Under the pieces are notes generated by a model, which worked only from the letters and a program-made list of their open reading frames with translations, did no database searches and was not told the origin of the DNA. From Octopus vulgaris (Eukaryota), in NCBI GenBank assembly GCA_951406725.2, contig OX597814.1, positions 120,404,001-120,468,000 of the forward strand: a stretch of 64,000 bases of DNA. Reading direction: 5' to 3'. Positions 39,785 through 52,449 of this stretch are shown piece by piece. Each line of letters opens with the position of its first letter. The stretch's first letter is position 1. The position numbers and the translations under genes are program-made.

Positions 39785-39949
39785 TAATAATCAATTAATT
39801 AATAAACTCATTAATGAGATAATTACTTCAAATACACTTCACTCTAAACATACTAAATGACGGGAGATACTGGTCCTGCCTCGGTTTTGTTGTCCATTTT
39901 GCTCTAACTTACTCACACACACACACACACACACAGACACGCACACACA

Positions 39950-40110
39950 CATACATACACACAGACATCTTCCAGATCCACTCACAAAGTTTTGGTCAGA
40001 CCGAAAGAACATAAATGGACACTTACACAAGGCCATGTAGTGGGACTGAACCTGGGGCCACACTGATCGGGAACAAGATTCTTAACCATAGAGACACCCC
40101 TGCGCCTGTA
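39950..40110 (-). mobile_element. SINE family A, 5' half
   Basis: atccactcacaaag...gtgggactgaacc...cctgcgcct. Confidence 0.7.
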
Positions 40111-41024
40111 ATTATAAATATATGTGTGCGCGCGCGAGTATATAATAGAGCAAAATGTACAAAATTTTGAGGAAGGACGAGTATCTCAAGTCATTTAGAA
40201 TATTTAACTAGAGTAAGGTGTATATAAGGTTTGTGTCAGTGTGAGTGCGCGCGTGTGTGTATGCGCATGCGCGCGCTTACCTCTATATGTTCGTGTATAT
40301 CTCCGCTTCACAGCTTTGCAAGTGGTGCTAGAGCGTTCACGTCTCTGTAACTTAACAATTCGTTAAGCTTAAATGCGGTGATCCAGCATGTCCGCTGACA
40401 TTTGACCGAATCCTGTTAAAGACGTAAGATATATAAATGTATAAAAATACGTCGATAAATTTCGCATTAAACTGCTATTTCTTCAGTTGAAACATTCTTT
40501 GAGAGTATATTATAAAAGGTATAAGATATATAATTCTTTCTGTTGCAGCATATATAATGAATAACTTATGATTCCAACATAGCGCAGTTTAAAGAGAGGA
40601 TGGTTGGTATTTAATAATTTACATTTATCAACATTCAGTCAGTTGCATATTTCTAATGTTTAAGACGAGAATGTAAAATATAAAAAAGCAACGCTAGGTT
40701 ATTGATATATAAAGAGGCCTTATATGTGTATTATCACTAATACATATATACGATTTCTTCAGAGGGTTTAATGTAATTTGCATGGATTAAAAGACAATTT
40801 AATGTGATTAATATTAAGTAAAATGTTTTAAGAATGTATGATTGGTGGGTTTCATACTAGATAAAATGACACCTATAATTATATTTTGTTGTATACACCT
40901 ACATTAAATATTAAACGGAGGAAAAGTCAAATTTATGCAACCAGATTTGATGAAGTACCCATCAATTATTACGTTTTTCGTAATTGATAATATTATTAGA
41001 ATATAACTTGGTATATATATATAT

Positions 41025-41215
41025 AGGGAGAATTCACAAAAAAAAAAAAAGACGAAGACAGGTGGTGTAGAAAACAAACAGATGTATTAGTATAACGCTC
41101 GGGAATTGAAATAGTTTTTAACGTTTCGAGCCTACACTCTTCCACAGATAGGAACACGGAAGGAAACAAGGAGAGAAAAAATATGTGTAGTGGCTAGCGA
41201 GCTATCATGACGAAT
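41025..41215 (-). mobile_element. Penelope-like pLTR fragment with zero-loop hammerhead variant (41116-41150)
   Basis: CUGUGGA-A-GAGU-GUAG-GCUC-GAAAC-GUU; flanks are related to 540-715; sits between (TA)n tracts. Confidence 0.55.
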
Positions 41216-41860
41216 ATACATATATATATGTCTGTGTGTGTGTGTTGTGTGTGTGTGTATACTTTAAATGATCTGAGCTACTTATCCTCCCTTGGTTCTG
41301 TTGTCCATTTTCCTTTAATATGTACCTGCTAACTCGGAAGACTAGTACACATCCCTACCTACAGACTCAGCCGCGAATTTGGAACCTAACTAATGACCAT
41401 TTATAGCACTTACGCAGTGTACCTATTCGTTTTCCACACACTCACGCATACACACACATATATTTACCATAAAGATCTATGGTTGGTTTAGCGACATGCT
41501 TACGTGTTTACTAAAAAAATATATAAGCAGCTAAGCACAGTATAAAAGCATAAAGGAAAATTTCATCTTCAGTAATTGTGAGTGGAAAATAGACATTGCT
41601 GACGAGTCTGCAAACATCAGACGGAACTAGCGTAGTCCAGTGGAATTTCTAACTATGCTCATGAACAATCACCTCACCCATCAGTGTTTATAAATGTATG
41701 GTTATGCAGATTTAGAGATTTAGTGATTTAGTGGATAGCGCCTAGCAATTTAGGCGCTATACACCAGCCGCGGTCAGAAAAAATTAGTGACGATTAGTTA
41801 TTTTCTTTTAATTTTTTTTTTATATATCTAATGTGCTCCTTATTTAATTCGTATATATAC

Positions 41861-41916
<56 letters not shown>

Positions 41917-42481
41917 GAAGACACTTGCCCAAGGTGCCTCGCGGTGGGACTGAACCCGGAACCATGTGGTTGGAAAGGAAGCATCTTATCACACAGCCAC
42001 ACACACACACATATATATCGATAGATAGATAGATAAATAGATAGATGATAGATAGATAGATAGATAGATAGATAGGTTCTTACATACATACATACATACA
42101 TACATACACACACACATACGTATACAATAATCCCTCGACTCTCACAGGTGTTATGTTCCAGAAACCCACGTGATAGGTGATAATAAGTACAGTACTGTAC
42201 TGTGTATTTCTTTATTGTTTTTAAAATTTGTACATATTAATTTCATTATAAATGCAAATGAACTCCACGGAGAAATCGACGTAAGCTGAAATAATAAACC
42301 GCGATAGTTCAACTGCGATACGTAATCCGCGAATTGGCGAGCGATTACTGTATAGGCGCTGCATGACTGTGTAATAAGATGCTTGCTTTCGAACCACATG
42401 GTTCTGGGTTCAGTCTCACTGCGAGGAATCTTGGACAAGTATCTTCTACTATAACCTCGGGCCGACTAAAGAATAAAAAAA

Positions 42482-42554
<73 letters not shown>

Positions 42555-42557
<3 letters not shown>

Positions 42558-43789
42558 ATAAATATTAGGGAATGAATCCAAAATTACAGGGAAAAATCAG
42601 ATTTAGGGTTAAATCCAATTTTATAGTAAAATATTATATAATATAATTCGAGACAAAACCACTATTTTAAAATCAAACAAGGAAAGACTTAATCAATACA
42701 TAACATTTTAATATAAATTAAATAAACCGCCACTACAATTGTTTCCTGTCTTCTACTGACATTCTTCAGGTGGATTTTCGATCTAAAAATATCAATATTT
42801 TAAAATATAATTTAAAATAATAAAATAATAAAATTATCAATGAAAGAATATAAAAATAAAAATAAAAATATATAATCTATATATAATCTATATATAATCA
42901 ATATATAATCTAAAATAATCTAAAATAAACCCTATAAACAATTGAATATAAAAAATCCTATTATTAAAGTTCTCATATTTAAAGATGTACAAAAACCAAA
43001 AAACAACAAGCAAAAAACAAAAAACAAAAAACAAAAAATAAACTATATATACACACACATGCTCATACACTCAACACATTACTTATTCATACTTCCTCAC
43101 ACACACATACAACACTCATTCATAAACAATATACATATACCCGCTCACACACACATATACATACACATACATACAGAACACGATATATACCAATATATAA
43201 ACACCCGCACCCATACAGATAAATAAATTACGCAAACAATCACACCCACCCACACACACATTCACACATACATAAACGCTCAAAAGAAAACCGAACAATT
43301 CTTTGCACGTGGATATCAAACGTTTTAAAAAAATTATGAATGGAAATGAAATCCATACATACAAGTATAAATATAACGATACAACCCCTAACACAATACA
43401 CACAAATACACACACATATATACACACACCCACAAACATAACCATATACACACTCACACATACATATACATACGTACAAAACTCGATACAAACAATCTTT
43501 AATAAAACGACCATGATAAACGAAAACTCATATATATATTAATATATATATAAATGAGTGTGTACACGCAGACGGGTGCAATCACACGCACATTCAAAAC
43601 TTACATGTATACAAGTGCATAAATAATCACACCCAATTACATAGCACTCATACACTCCCACATCTACACTTACACTTGTACACACGCACACATACATACA
43701 CACCCATACCTACTTAATTTATATTAAAATTTTATGTATTGATTAAGTCTTTCCTTGTTTGATTTTAAAATAGTGGTTTTGTCTCGAAT

Positions 43790-43800
<11 letters not shown>
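42555..43800 (-). mobile_element. Non-coding Penelope-like element with inverted partial pLTR
   Basis: 86-bp inverted repeat (42635-42720 and 43715-43800), hammerhead at 42730-42773, low-complexity body, (TA)n on both sides. Confidence 0.7.
42730..42773 (-). ncRNA. Minimal type I hammerhead ribozyme (loop AAUU)
   Basis: CCAC-CUGAAGA-A-UGUC-AGUAGAA-GACA-G-GAAAC-AAUU-GUA|GUGG; core intact. Confidence 0.8.
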
Positions 43801-43852
<52 letters not shown>

Positions 43853-43854
43853 TA

Positions 43855-45310
43855 TAGCTTCAATAAAATAGACAACAAAGCTAAGGCAGTGTGAAATTTC
43901 TTGGACATTTTATAAAGAGAGTTGTTTCGCATTTGCACATTCAAATGTATGCGTGTACGCGTGTGTGTATATCTATATACAATATTTTCTTTCTCTCACT
44001 TATTTATCAGTGTCCACTATCACTTTAGCTCGTACAATTTCAGAACTCATATAAATACCTATCTTTTAGAAACTGATTCTTCCCCTCCTTTTTGTTGTTT
44101 ACAACCCTCTTTTAATACCCCTCTTCGTACCACATTCTTAAACTATCCCACCACCTTAGTACCTTTCAGACATATCACCCCACCTCTCATTTCTCACACA
44201 TGTTCCTTCCTTACATTGTTATCTCTCCCCCTCCTCCTATCTATGTTTTCTACTAATGGCTTTCCTCTCCCCACCCTCCCACAATACCTTGACCACCTTC
44301 TAGCACTCCGTTTTCATTTTCCTCTTTCTTTCTTTCTTTCCTCTCCCAATCCTTTGCCCAATACAATTTTCTTCTCCTAACATTCTTTTCTATTCTATTC
44401 TCAACATTTCATTTACACTACAAGATCCCTTTGGATGAACACCACATGGAATTAATACATGCGCACTATCCATCAGTAATAATAAAATATGAACTATCGG
44501 AACGAACATACCATAGACATCCATTGAATAATGGAACAGAAAGTTTAACATCTAACATACATCTTAATTGTATTCTTTGATTTTCCTTTATACGTCTTAT
44601 AGCGTATTCTTTTATTCTTTTGTTTGCTTCAGTCATTTGACTGCAGTCATGTTGGAGCGCCGCCTTTAGTCGAGCAAATCGACCCCGGGACATATTCTTT
44701 GTAATCATAGTACTTATTCTGTCGGACTCTCTTGCCGAACCGCTAGGTGACGAGGACGTAAACACCCCATCTTCAGTTGTCAAACAATGTTGGGGAACAA
44801 ACACGGACACACAAACATATACATACATACATACATATATATATATATATACTCACGTATAATTATTTATATATGCATGTATATATACATGTAGATGTAG
44901 GTACGTACATATATGTTTGTATGTATGCATATATTTTTATTTATCACCTATATATATATATATATATACGACGGGCTTCTTTCAGCTTCCGTCTACCAAA
45001 TCCACTCACAAGGCTTTGGTCGACCCAAGGCTATAGTAGAAGACACTTGCCCAAGTAGCCACACCTCACTTTCCAAAATAACTTCTTATATTGAACTCTA
45101 CTATTTTCTTCTATTTATTTCTCTTCTATCGTTTATGTGGATGGGATATCTTTTTTATTCCTGAAACAGCTGTAAAACTACCCTTCCCTTTATAAAATAT
45201 CCTAGAAATTTTACATTGTCTTGGCTTTGTGGTTTCATATTATTTAACATATACACGCTCACACACGACCCGCGTTAGACTCTTCGTACTATTATCAAAC
45301 CGGGAGTCTT
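43855..45310 (+). mobile_element. Penelope-like element with inverted partial pLTR and degenerate AGCU hammerhead (45131-45178), interrupted by a SINE
   Basis: 43861-43921 is the inverted copy of 45182-45245; GUUU-(AUGUGGA)...GAAAC-AGCU-GUA|AAAC. Confidence 0.55.
44606..45054 (-). mobile_element. SINE family A, 5'-truncated
   Basis: Close match to the copies at 22346 and 46301. Confidence 0.85.
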
Positions 45311-45429
45311 AAAGCAGTATTTCCGTAGCACTTACATAGCCTTACCTGCCATTCGATGTCCTGGATACAAAAAGGTCTCATATTTATCTATCTATCTATA
45401 TATCTATCTACCTACCGATCTGTATTTCT

Positions 45430-45462
<33 letters not shown>

Positions 45463-45534
45463 CATACATACATATACATACATACATACATTCATACATA
45501 CATACATACATACATATATACATACATACATATA

Positions 45535-45580
<46 letters not shown>

Positions 45581-45664
45581 CATACATATACAGTCAATGG
45601 CGGTGCCCCAGCATGGCCACAGCTCATTAGCTGAAACTGGAAAAATCAAAATCAAAATCAAAAT

Positions 45665-45709
<45 letters not shown>

Positions 45710-46300
45710 TACATAGATATATGCGTTTGTGGGTACATATGGCATACATATTAAGGAAAGCTTAGTAGTCAGAATTTTGGCTACGTCATGCATTATATAC
45801 GCTGAAGTATAAAGTAGAATAATTCATAATATATATTTGGAGCTTTCATCTCGTTTCAGAAAATTTTAGTGCCTGCCTTTTCCGTCTCTGTGCTTGAAGG
45901 CAAGATAACGACTCCAGATTGCAAGCCTCTCACTGCTTGGTTGGCGGCGCTATAAGCAGTTTCGTTTTACTTACACCTATTTGTGTACAATGGGTAATTT
46001 TCTTCAAGACAAAACACGATGAATGCCTGTAAAGGTAACTAATTCTAGTGAGTTTATAAATAATATGTCTGCGGATAACTATTTCTGGTACACAACCGCT
46101 GATAAAGATTCTAATAAGAGTTGAAAAGTATGTACAGCTTTTCCTTAGTTTTCTATGTTCTAACATATATTGTATAGCCGAATTCTTTAAAAGCATCATA
46201 ACAGAAATTATTGATTACCGAGAACAACAAGTATGACCTAGAGTATATTATAACAAAATGTTGAACCACCATAACACGAATGTTTAATTGTCTCTCCTGT

Positions 46301-46525
46301 TTACTCTTTTACTTGTTTCAGTCATTTGATGCGGGGATGCTGGAGCACCACTTTAGTTGAGCAAATCCACTCCAGGACTTATTATTTGGAAGCCTGGTAC
46401 TTATTCTATTGGTCTCTTTTGCCGAACCGCTAAGTTACGGGAACGTAAACACAACAGCATCGGTTGTCAAGCAATGTTGGGGGACAAACACAGACGCACA
46501 AACATATGCACCCACACACGCACAC

Positions 46526-46556
<31 letters not shown>

Positions 46557-46708
46557 GTTATATATATATACGCCGGGCTTCTTTTAGTTTCCATCTACCA
46601 AATCAACTCACAAGGCTTTGATCAGAACGAAGGTGCCACGCAGTGGGAATGAACACGGTACCATGTGGTTGGTAAGCAAGTTACTTACCACACAGCCACT
46701 CCTGTGCC
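46301..46708 (-). mobile_element. SINE family A, near full length
   Basis: Head GGCACAGGAGTGGCTGTGTGGTAAG, internal (TA)/(TG) tract, tail ATGACTGAAACAAGTAAAAG. Confidence 0.9.
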
Positions 46709-47778
46709 TATATATACGTCTCTGACGAAACACCAAATGACTAGAAAAGTATGAACAGTTGTTATTACATTTCTTCTATTCGAACATATTCTAGAGACGA
46801 ATTCTTGTTTGACAATAGTTGTAACACGCAGTGATAGATAGCAAAAATACTATAAAACAATGCATATGTTGTGGAGTACATTATATCTATGTATGCTCAA
46901 CAATTCCCAATTTCTGATGTTCCTTTTGACAACTTGCCAGCCGGCAAGATATTAGCTTAATCTATTAATTCTAAATTAGCCGATCAATTTCATATAGCAG
47001 ATGTGTTTACGTATCTGAGTAAAATCTGAGTATCATTATAACGACTAAAAATAAATAACATTTTACTTATTCGTAAAAACGTTGATGCTACAGACGATAT
47101 GCACTATATTATGTACAACTTTTTGTGTATATGGTTACAGAAATGTAATAACAATATTAATTACATATTAATTAGGTTTGTTAGTTTTTTACGGAAATAA
47201 ATATGAGTCCATCTAATTATGGGTTTACAAAAATGAGTCGTAATTAATATGTAATAAAGAAAAAGCTACTGAATACATATAGATTATACATACTGTCATA
47301 GTTTTATGATTTATATAAATTATATTGCTTAAGCATAAACTAGTAGTACAATAAACATAATTTACAAGTAGAGCATTAAAACACAAAAATATACGCGAGG
47401 GAATTACTAGGGATTAGATTTCAGAAAGGGCATGGATGCTTGTTTTGCGATTGACTGTTTGGATCCGAGTATATATAAATAGAAATTTTACAAAATATTG
47501 AAGAAACTTAAGTTTATTTAATTAATTGTGCGTTATATTTGTTGTTGACAGTGCTACATGCTAAGGAGCTAACCTCTTATTACAGTATTGATGAGAGTAC
47601 CGCTAAAATAATTTTTTTTTCATATATATGAAAATGAATCTTTAGATAATGTTATCCTATATAAGGTGTACACGGTTTGAAAAACCATTACTGGCTCTCA
47701 TACACACACACACATATAAACATATATATGTGTGTGTGTGCTTGTGCATATATATATATGTATATATGTATATGTATG

Positions 47779-47811
<33 letters not shown>

Positions 47812-47814
47812 ATG

Positions 47815-47875
<61 letters not shown>

Positions 47876-47896
47876 GTATATATACATATATATACG

Positions 47897-47955
<59 letters not shown>

Positions 47956-48085
47956 AACACATATAAAGCAGCAGCAGTAGCAGAAACAACTGGCTTCATG
48001 GTATAATCTTGTTATGAACCCGAAACATGTGGTTAGGAATCAATCTTCTTACCACACTGCCATGCGTGCACCTAACCCACACCTC

Positions 48086-49275
48086 TGTATCAAAAAGCTC
48101 CCGGATTTGTTATGTTTAACAAAAAAAAAAGACCTCATTTCGCAAAGTTTTAACATCGTCTCCTTCGCAATAGCGTTCTTGTGTGCTTTTAGAATCAGGC
48201 AATGAACTCGTTTTCCGTAAGTGAGTCGAAGACCTTCTTCGATTGTCTCTAGTGGTAAAACAGCGATCTATGAGCTGCGTTTTCAGCTTGAAAAAGAAGT
48301 ATAAGTCCACAGGAGATAAATCTAGTAAACAAGGCAGGTGTAGAAGCGATACCATGTTGTTTTTTTGCGAGAACCTCACGAGTGAAGGGAGCTTGGTGAC
48401 AAGGTGCGTGAATAATTCAATAATTCCCGTTCCACCCATCCGTTCGCTTTTACCGAATGTCTCCGTCAGACACTTCAAAACGTCGTTGACTGTCCTCCGA
48501 CGGTCCTCATGCACAAGCTGATGAATTTTCTTCCCATTTCCGGGGGTATCTCTCGTGGAATGCTTTATTTTTTATTGCCCACAACGGGCTTAACATAAAA
48601 GGGACAAACAAGGACAGACAAACGGATTAAGTCGATTATATTGACCCCTGTACGTAACGGGTACTTAATTTATCGACCCCGAAAGAATGAAAGGCAAAGC
48701 CGACCCCGGCGGAGTTTGAACTCAGAACCTAACTGCAGACGAAATACCTATTTCTTTACTACCCACAAAGGGCTAAACACAGAGAGGACAGAACAAGGAC
48801 AGAATTTGAACTCAGAACGTAGCAGCAGACGAAATACGACTACGCATTTCGCCAGGTGTGCTAACGTTTCTACCAGCTCGCCGCTCGTGGAATGCATTCC
48901 AGATATTTCTTCGTCTTCTGGGGACGTTCTTCCGCTTTTGAAGCGCTCGTGTCACTTGAAACGTTGCGTACAAACCATCGCATCGTCGACGTAAACTTGA
49001 CGAAGCATCCTCAATGTCTCTGTAGCAGACATCCCAAGTTTACCGCAAAATTTCATGTTGGCTCTTTGTTCCAACTTCCTGTTTATGACAAAAATCGCAG
49101 GGAACAGAAAACACGTGATCACAAAAACACGAATGTCACACTTTGCGAAGTAAACACAGCAATGTTGCTCGACACACTGCATAATGAATGCCACTGCTAG
49201 CTCTCACTGCACACGCAACCGTGTGCTGCCATCTGTTGCCGCAATACATAACTAGTCCGGGAAATTTTTGATACA
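48086..49275 (-). mobile_element. Decayed mariner DNA transposon with both TIRs
   Basis: TIRs of about 30 bp, TGTATCAAAAA(GC/TT)TCCCGGA.T.GTTATGT. N-terminal EQRANMKFCGKLGMSATETLRMLRQVY; C-terminal HLPCLLDLSPVDLYFFFKLK corresponds to HPPYSPDLAPxD. Confidence 0.9.
48564..48883 (-). mobile_element. Family B SINE multimer inserted in the mariner
   Basis: 12-bp TSD CTCGTGGAATGC at 48552-48563 and 48884-48895. Confidence 0.9.
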
Positions 49276-49283
49276 CACACACA

Positions 49284-49320
<37 letters not shown>

Positions 49321-50115
49321 AAAAATACACACTCACAAACGCATACAGCCGCATGCACAAACACAGACACACGCCCGTATATATGATTACATCTGAGAGA
49401 AGCAGTGATGTGTAACGCGAGTCAATAACGAAAAGAAATTCATTGTCCAAAACCAATACTTATATATGTGAATGTCTTTGTGTGTGTGTGTGCGTTAGTG
49501 TGCGTATGTGTGCTTGTATCTGTTTCTCTGTGTTTTTGTGTATGCGCCCACCAGAGGGTATATATAATCATTTGTGCTATGCACACTTTTTCATCATTCC
49601 CCTTGCAATTGAAATGTATTGCAATTGAAATGTATGAGGGTTAACTCATAATTTATCGATTGAATATGTAATCGCAATACCTTGTTTACCATATAAATAT
49701 GACAAATAACTGGGGTTTATTTTTTAACAATGTCACAGACTAACTGGAAACAAAGTGTCTAGAAGCAGTTTATAAACAAAATCATAACCATTGGCTATAC
49801 ATCTACATTCACTGTGCTTTGCATTCAAGATTTTTTACTTGTTTTTGCAACAAAATGCCCCCGCTATATAAAAAACATATTTGTAAAAAAGATATAATCA
49901 AAATTCTTGTATGCTAGCTGTATCATACTACCATTATCAGTTATTCTCAACACTATTTTTCTACAAAGAAACATTCTTATGATTCTTTATACATTTCTCA
50001 AATTATATCTAAATATTTTTTTTAAGTGCATTGAATACTGTACCTGCTAAGTCAACAACATAAAATTATTCATTGAATACAAAGCTATTAATGTATGCAG
50101 CAATGCAGCATCTTC

Positions 50116-50241
<126 letters not shown>

Positions 50242-50563
50242 TTATGGATGTGTGTGTATGTGCTTGTGTGTGTGTGTGTGTGTGTATGTGTGTATGTGTG
50301 TGTATTTGTGTGTGTGTGTATACGCATGTGTGTGGCTCATCACAGCTTGATGCGGTTCGGCAAAAGAAAGGGATAGAAAAAGTAATAGTTTTCATAAAAT
50401 AGAGTCTATGTGTTCGACTAAAACCCTTCCAAGAGATTTCCCAGCGTGGCGGTAATCAAATGACTGAAAAAGTAAAAGATAAAATATAATAGATAGATAG
50501 ATAGATAGATAGATACATAGATAGACAGATAGATAGATACATAGATAGATAGATAGATAGATA

Positions 50564-50612
<49 letters not shown>

Positions 50613-50639
50613 TAAATATGTAGTTATACGTTGCTCCTG

Positions 50640-50829
50640 GGCGATTTCTTTGGATTTTCCCTTTCTCCTTTCCGACGCAGAGCTATGCACGAAACGTTAA
50701 ACTCTCTCCTTTAACCGAGCATCAAGCTAATATACTTCTTGTGAATATCATCACGTTCATGTTGTTTTTCTATCTTGTATTTTATCATTTGTATCCGTTT
50801 ATTTATACTTTTTGTTTTTTTAAATTGAG

Positions 50830-50830
<1 letters not shown>
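50640..50830 (+). mobile_element. Penelope-like pLTR fragment with degenerate zero-loop hammerhead (50669-50702)
   Basis: UUU-CCGACGC-A-GAGC-UAU-GCAC-GAAAC-GUU|AAA; flanks are similar to 540-715. Confidence 0.5.
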
Positions 50831-50867
<37 letters not shown>

Positions 50868-50871
<4 letters not shown>

Positions 50872-52206
50872 GGTGAATGAATTATCCTATGTTTATCGTC
50901 AGCATGGAAAATTCGTTGAACCGAAATCAGGGTAGCAAATTCACGTCAGAAACACGGTTGAAGCGACCTGTCCAAGGGTAGAAACTCCGGGTTCATGTGC
51001 AGAAATTTGTGTGTTGTATATGAATAAATGAAAGAATGGAGTCGAACGAAGATGTTAACAAAATTCCTTTACTCTCGACATATGTTTCAAAGACAACATG
51101 GTTTCATTACAAAGGAATAAAGGGTGCATTATGCAATCTTCTCATCACGAAAGAAAGGTATTCTCTCTCGACAACAAGACAAACAAAAATTTCAATGACT
51201 GCCTACATGGTAAACAAAACGATAATGAGTGTTTTAAAAAAGAATTGATGTCAAAGAAGAATTGATGTCAAAGATAGATAGTAGGAAGAGAAGGGTTAAA
51301 GGAATAATAGGTAGGGAACATGTGGAGAGGGAAGGGTACGTTGATTGAAAGAATGTTCGAAGGCTTAGGAAAGAATTTCGCTATTGAAGTGGAGTGCACG
51401 TTAAGCTAATTGTTCAAACCACAGTGACTATCGTTATCATTTATATGAGTAGAAAGTATGTTTCTGCCAGTGTTTATATTTGTATGATTTTTCTATGAGT
51501 GTGTTTACAAGGGGAACCTTAGAGAAGAGAATATGGAAGAGTTCAGAGTTGCAAATGTTACAAAATCTCCTGTCCTTATCGAAAGGAAAGAATACAGATA
51601 GTATAAACCAATCTAACTTGAAATTTATATAGTTGTCTTTAAGACGCCAAACTAATTTACTTAGCCCTGTACTCTGTCGTTTTTTGCTATCCCTGAATGT
51701 TGAATAATGGTTTAAAATTCTCTTGGATAACTGGGAAGTGGACGCTCCTATATAGAAGAAGACATCGGTACCGGAAGAAATTCTACACTGGTAAATAGAA
51801 TTCTTAATCTTAGAATTACTAGACAAAAATCTAATTCTGTTGGGGTTGTCCTCCGAGATCGAAACGAAGTTTCTATTGTTATGACTGTTGTTACTATTAT
51901 TATTAGCACCAACAACTACACTATTTCTATTATTATTAGTATTATTAATGGTAATGCAACCACTAATACCGCCGACAATAATATCGTTATTGTTTTTTTA
52001 AAAACACTCATTATCCTTTTGTTTACCATGTAGGCAGTCATCGAAATTTTTGTTTGTCTTGTTGTCGAGAGAGGCTCCCTTTCTTTCCTTATAACAAGAT
52101 TGCATAATGCACCCTTTATTCCTTTGGAATGAAACCATGTTGTCTTCGAAACATATGTCGTGAGTAAAGGAATTTTGTTAACATTTTCGTTCGACTCCAT
52201 TCTTTC

Positions 52207-52212
<6 letters not shown>
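50868..52212 (-). mobile_element. 5'-truncated Penelope element with inverted pLTR
   Basis: Inverted repeat of about 220 bp (51020-51242 and 51995-52212) around a GIY-YIG ORF; both arms hold a damaged AUAU-loop hammerhead; (TA)n flanks. Confidence 0.9.
51437..51826 (-). pseudogene. Penelope GIY-YIG endonuclease domain fragment
   Basis: SIYQC...YIGAST..LSKRILNH...STGLSKLVWRLKD...CNICNSE. Confidence 0.9.
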
Positions 52213-52290
<78 letters not shown>

Positions 52291-52310
52291 CACACCCACA
52301 CAAATTATAC

Positions 52311-52344
<34 letters not shown>

Positions 52345-52389
52345 GTACATATATATATGTGTATATATATATATGTATATATATATGTG

Positions 52390-52449
<60 letters not shown>

